From assembly GCA_963719315.1 (NCBI GenBank), contig CAVRBU010000002.1:1184001-1248000 (forward strand): a stretch of 64,000 nucleotides of DNA, in the 5' to 3' direction. This DNA comes from an uncultured Planctomycetota bacterium. Its GTDB lineage: Bacteria; Planctomycetota; Planctomycetia; Pirellulales; Lacipirellulaceae. Numbering within the stretch: the first letter of the stretch is position 1; each line of letters starts with the position of its first letter. The position numbers were made by a program, and so were the translations under genes. Under the pieces are notes generated by a model that was not told the origin of the DNA, ran no database searches, and saw only the letters and a program-made list of their open reading frames with translations. Shown here one piece after another: positions 62,509 through 64,000 of this stretch.

Positions 62509-64000
62509 GTAACACACCAGCCGTCTGAAGTTGATCTTGGTTAAATTGCTGGAAAGGGTTATGTCCATGGGTTATGGCAGTGGACACGCAGTTGATCTCC
62601 GAGAAGACGGTACAAGCGTTGCGCGCCGCAGAGCTGAGCCGTCATCAGGCGGAAGCGATTTATGCGCGCGGCAAGGAAGCGGTGGTTTTTGCGTTGTTGG
62701 AATTGACGAAGGAGCTGGCCGAGTCGAGGGCCAAGAGTAACGATTGCTCGGTGACGCCGTCGACGCCTTCGGGGATGGTGCCGATTTACCAAAAGCCGGC
62801 CCAACGCAAACGGGGAAAGAAACCGGGAGCCAAGCACGGTCATCCGGGTTCGCGTCGGCCGCCTCCGGAGCGGATCGACTGGCAAGTCGACCATCGCATC
62901 CGCTCGTGTCCCGATTGTGGCAGCCGCTTGCAATCGTGCCAAGAAATCCGCACCCGCTATACGGAAGACATTCCGGACATCCAGCCGGAAGTCACCGAAC
63001 ACACGATCCATCGCGACTGGTGTCCAGCGTGCCGCAAAAAGGTCGAGCCACCGGTGGTCGCCGCGTTGCCCGGCGCGACGCTGGGCAACCGCGTGCTGGT
63101 GCTCAGTGCTTGGCTGCACTACGCTTTGGGCAACACGCTCTCGCAAATCGTCGAAGTCTTCAACTTCCATCTGCAACTCAAGATCACCCCTGGCGGCTTG
63201 CTGCAGATGTGGCAGCGGCTGCAGAAAATCCTGTTTGCCTGGTACGAGCAGATTCACTCCGAAGCGCTGGCGTCGGCCGTGTTGCACGGGGACGAGACCG
63301 GCTGGCGAACCAATGGCAAAACGCACTGGCTGTGGTGCTTCAGCAACCAGTCGGTGACGTACTACCTGATCGACCGCTCGCGGGGCAGTCCGGCGCTGGC
63401 CAAATTCTTCGTCGACGAGTTTGCGGGCACGTTGATTACAGACTTTTGGAGCGCGTACAACGCGGTCACTTGCGCTGCGCGACAAACGTGCCTGGTGCAC
63501 TTGCTGCGCGAGTTGGAACAGACCGAAAAATACAAATCGCCGGGCCAACATTGGCCTCTGTTTGCCAAGAAGTTGCGGCGTCTGGTGGGCGACGCGATTC
63601 GGCTGTGGCGACGCAAGCCGGATCTGTCCGCCCAAACGTACGCTTCGCGGCGGGATTGTCTCGCCCGGCGGTTGGCGGAGCTCGTCGGCGGGTCGTGGGA
63701 AGATGCTCACGCCAGACGTTTGGTGAAGCGTCTCCGGCGGCATCAGCACGACTTGTTGACGTTCCTCGATCACGACGACGTTCCTTTCGACAACAACCAC
63801 GCCGAGCGTTCGATTCGCCCCGCAGTCATCCTCCGCAAAAACAGTTACGGCAATCGCAGCCAACGGGGAGCCGAATGCCAGGCGGTCCTCATGACCATCT
63901 TTCGCACCCTCAAACAGCGCGGCCACGATCCCATTCGTACAGTCATCGCGGCGATTGAAACCTACCTCGAAACCAAACAACTACTGCCCCTGCCTGAAAA
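62509..64000 (+). mobile_element. IS66-family single-ORF element, truncated by window end
   Basis: Begins GTAAC at the point where the PEP-CTERM gene breaks off; transposase follows. Confidence 0.75.
62574..64000 (+). CDS. IS66-family transposase (open to window end, absent from the ORF track)
   Basis: Manual translation: TPSGM..KPGAKHGHPG, CPDCG, HGDETGWR, QTCLVHLLRE and VPFDNNHAERSIR. Confidence 0.9.
   Translation, partial: MAVDTQLISEKTVQALRAAELSRHQAEAIYARGKEAVVFALLELTKELAESRAKSNDCSVTPSTPSGMVPIYQKPAQRKRGKKPGAKHGHPGSRRPPPERIDWQVDHRIRSCPDCGSRLQSCQEIRTRYTEDIPDIQPEVTEHTIHRDWCPACRKKVEPPVVAALPGATLGNRVLVLSAWLHYALGNTLSQIVEVFNFHLQLKITPGGLLQMWQRLQKILFAWYEQIHSEALASAVLHGDETGWRTNGKTHWLWCFSNQSVTYYLIDRSRGSPALAKFFVDEFAGTLITDFWSAYNAVTCAARQTCLVHLLRELEQTEKYKSPGQHWPLFAKKLRRLVGDAIRLWRRKPDLSAQTYASRRDCLARRLAELVGGSWEDAHARRLVKRLRRHQHDLLTFLDHDDVPFDNNHAERSIRPAVILRKNSYGNRSQRGAECQAVLMTIFRTLKQRGHDPIRTVIAAIETYLETKQLLPLPE

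Larger units (their letters stand above)
27364..64000. mobile_element. tRNA-Val-integrated genomic island rich in IS elements and PEP-CTERM genes (right end outside window)
   Basis: Integrase at the tRNA 3' end, high IS density and no core genes; no attR repeat found. Confidence 0.75.

Noticed and set aside
62559..63980. Long minus-strand ORF (473 aa), and similar ones at 10772-11716, 39613-41007 and 726-1811
   Set aside because: These are antisense shadows of recognisable genes on the opposite strand, expected in high-GC DNA.

Overview
Planctomycete-like, high-GC DNA (Pirellulales-type gene content; the taxonomy is an inference). Many single-base frameshifts, even in housekeeping genes such as icd, look like long-read indel errors. 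1-27.3 kb is mostly core genome: a divergent MurE-like/MurG pair, a cupin, rsgA, an FHA protein, a TIGR01212 radical SAM protein, a nucleotidyltransferase with a tiny partner ORF, RNase P RNA, an ECF-sigma/Ser-Thr kinase-TPR pair split by an IS5-like element, a thioredoxin plus Cys-rich peptide module bracketed by a ~97-bp structured repeat, a HAF-repeat PEP-CTERM protein, icd, a second kinase, a POT transporter and an aldose epimerase. REP-like and short-unit palindromes are frequent. From tRNA-Val(TAC) at 27290 to the window end lies a genomic island. It holds a truncated tyrosine integrase, IS5, IS66 elements, a Tn3 transposase remnant, IS630 and IS110, plus nine PEP-CTERM surface-protein genes with unrelated N-terminal domains. 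Main finding: a conserved non-coding element (up to ~190 bp, 29-bp core consensus ~YRYGCCAASAAYNSACCGWTTTAGAAACG) recurs about 11 times. It is co-oriented with and 3' of PEP-CTERM genes or orphan PEP-CTERM-like tails, and it resembles a serine-resolvase res site. This suggests an undescribed cassette or shuffling system, or alternatively a 3'-UTR RNA, for surface proteins.
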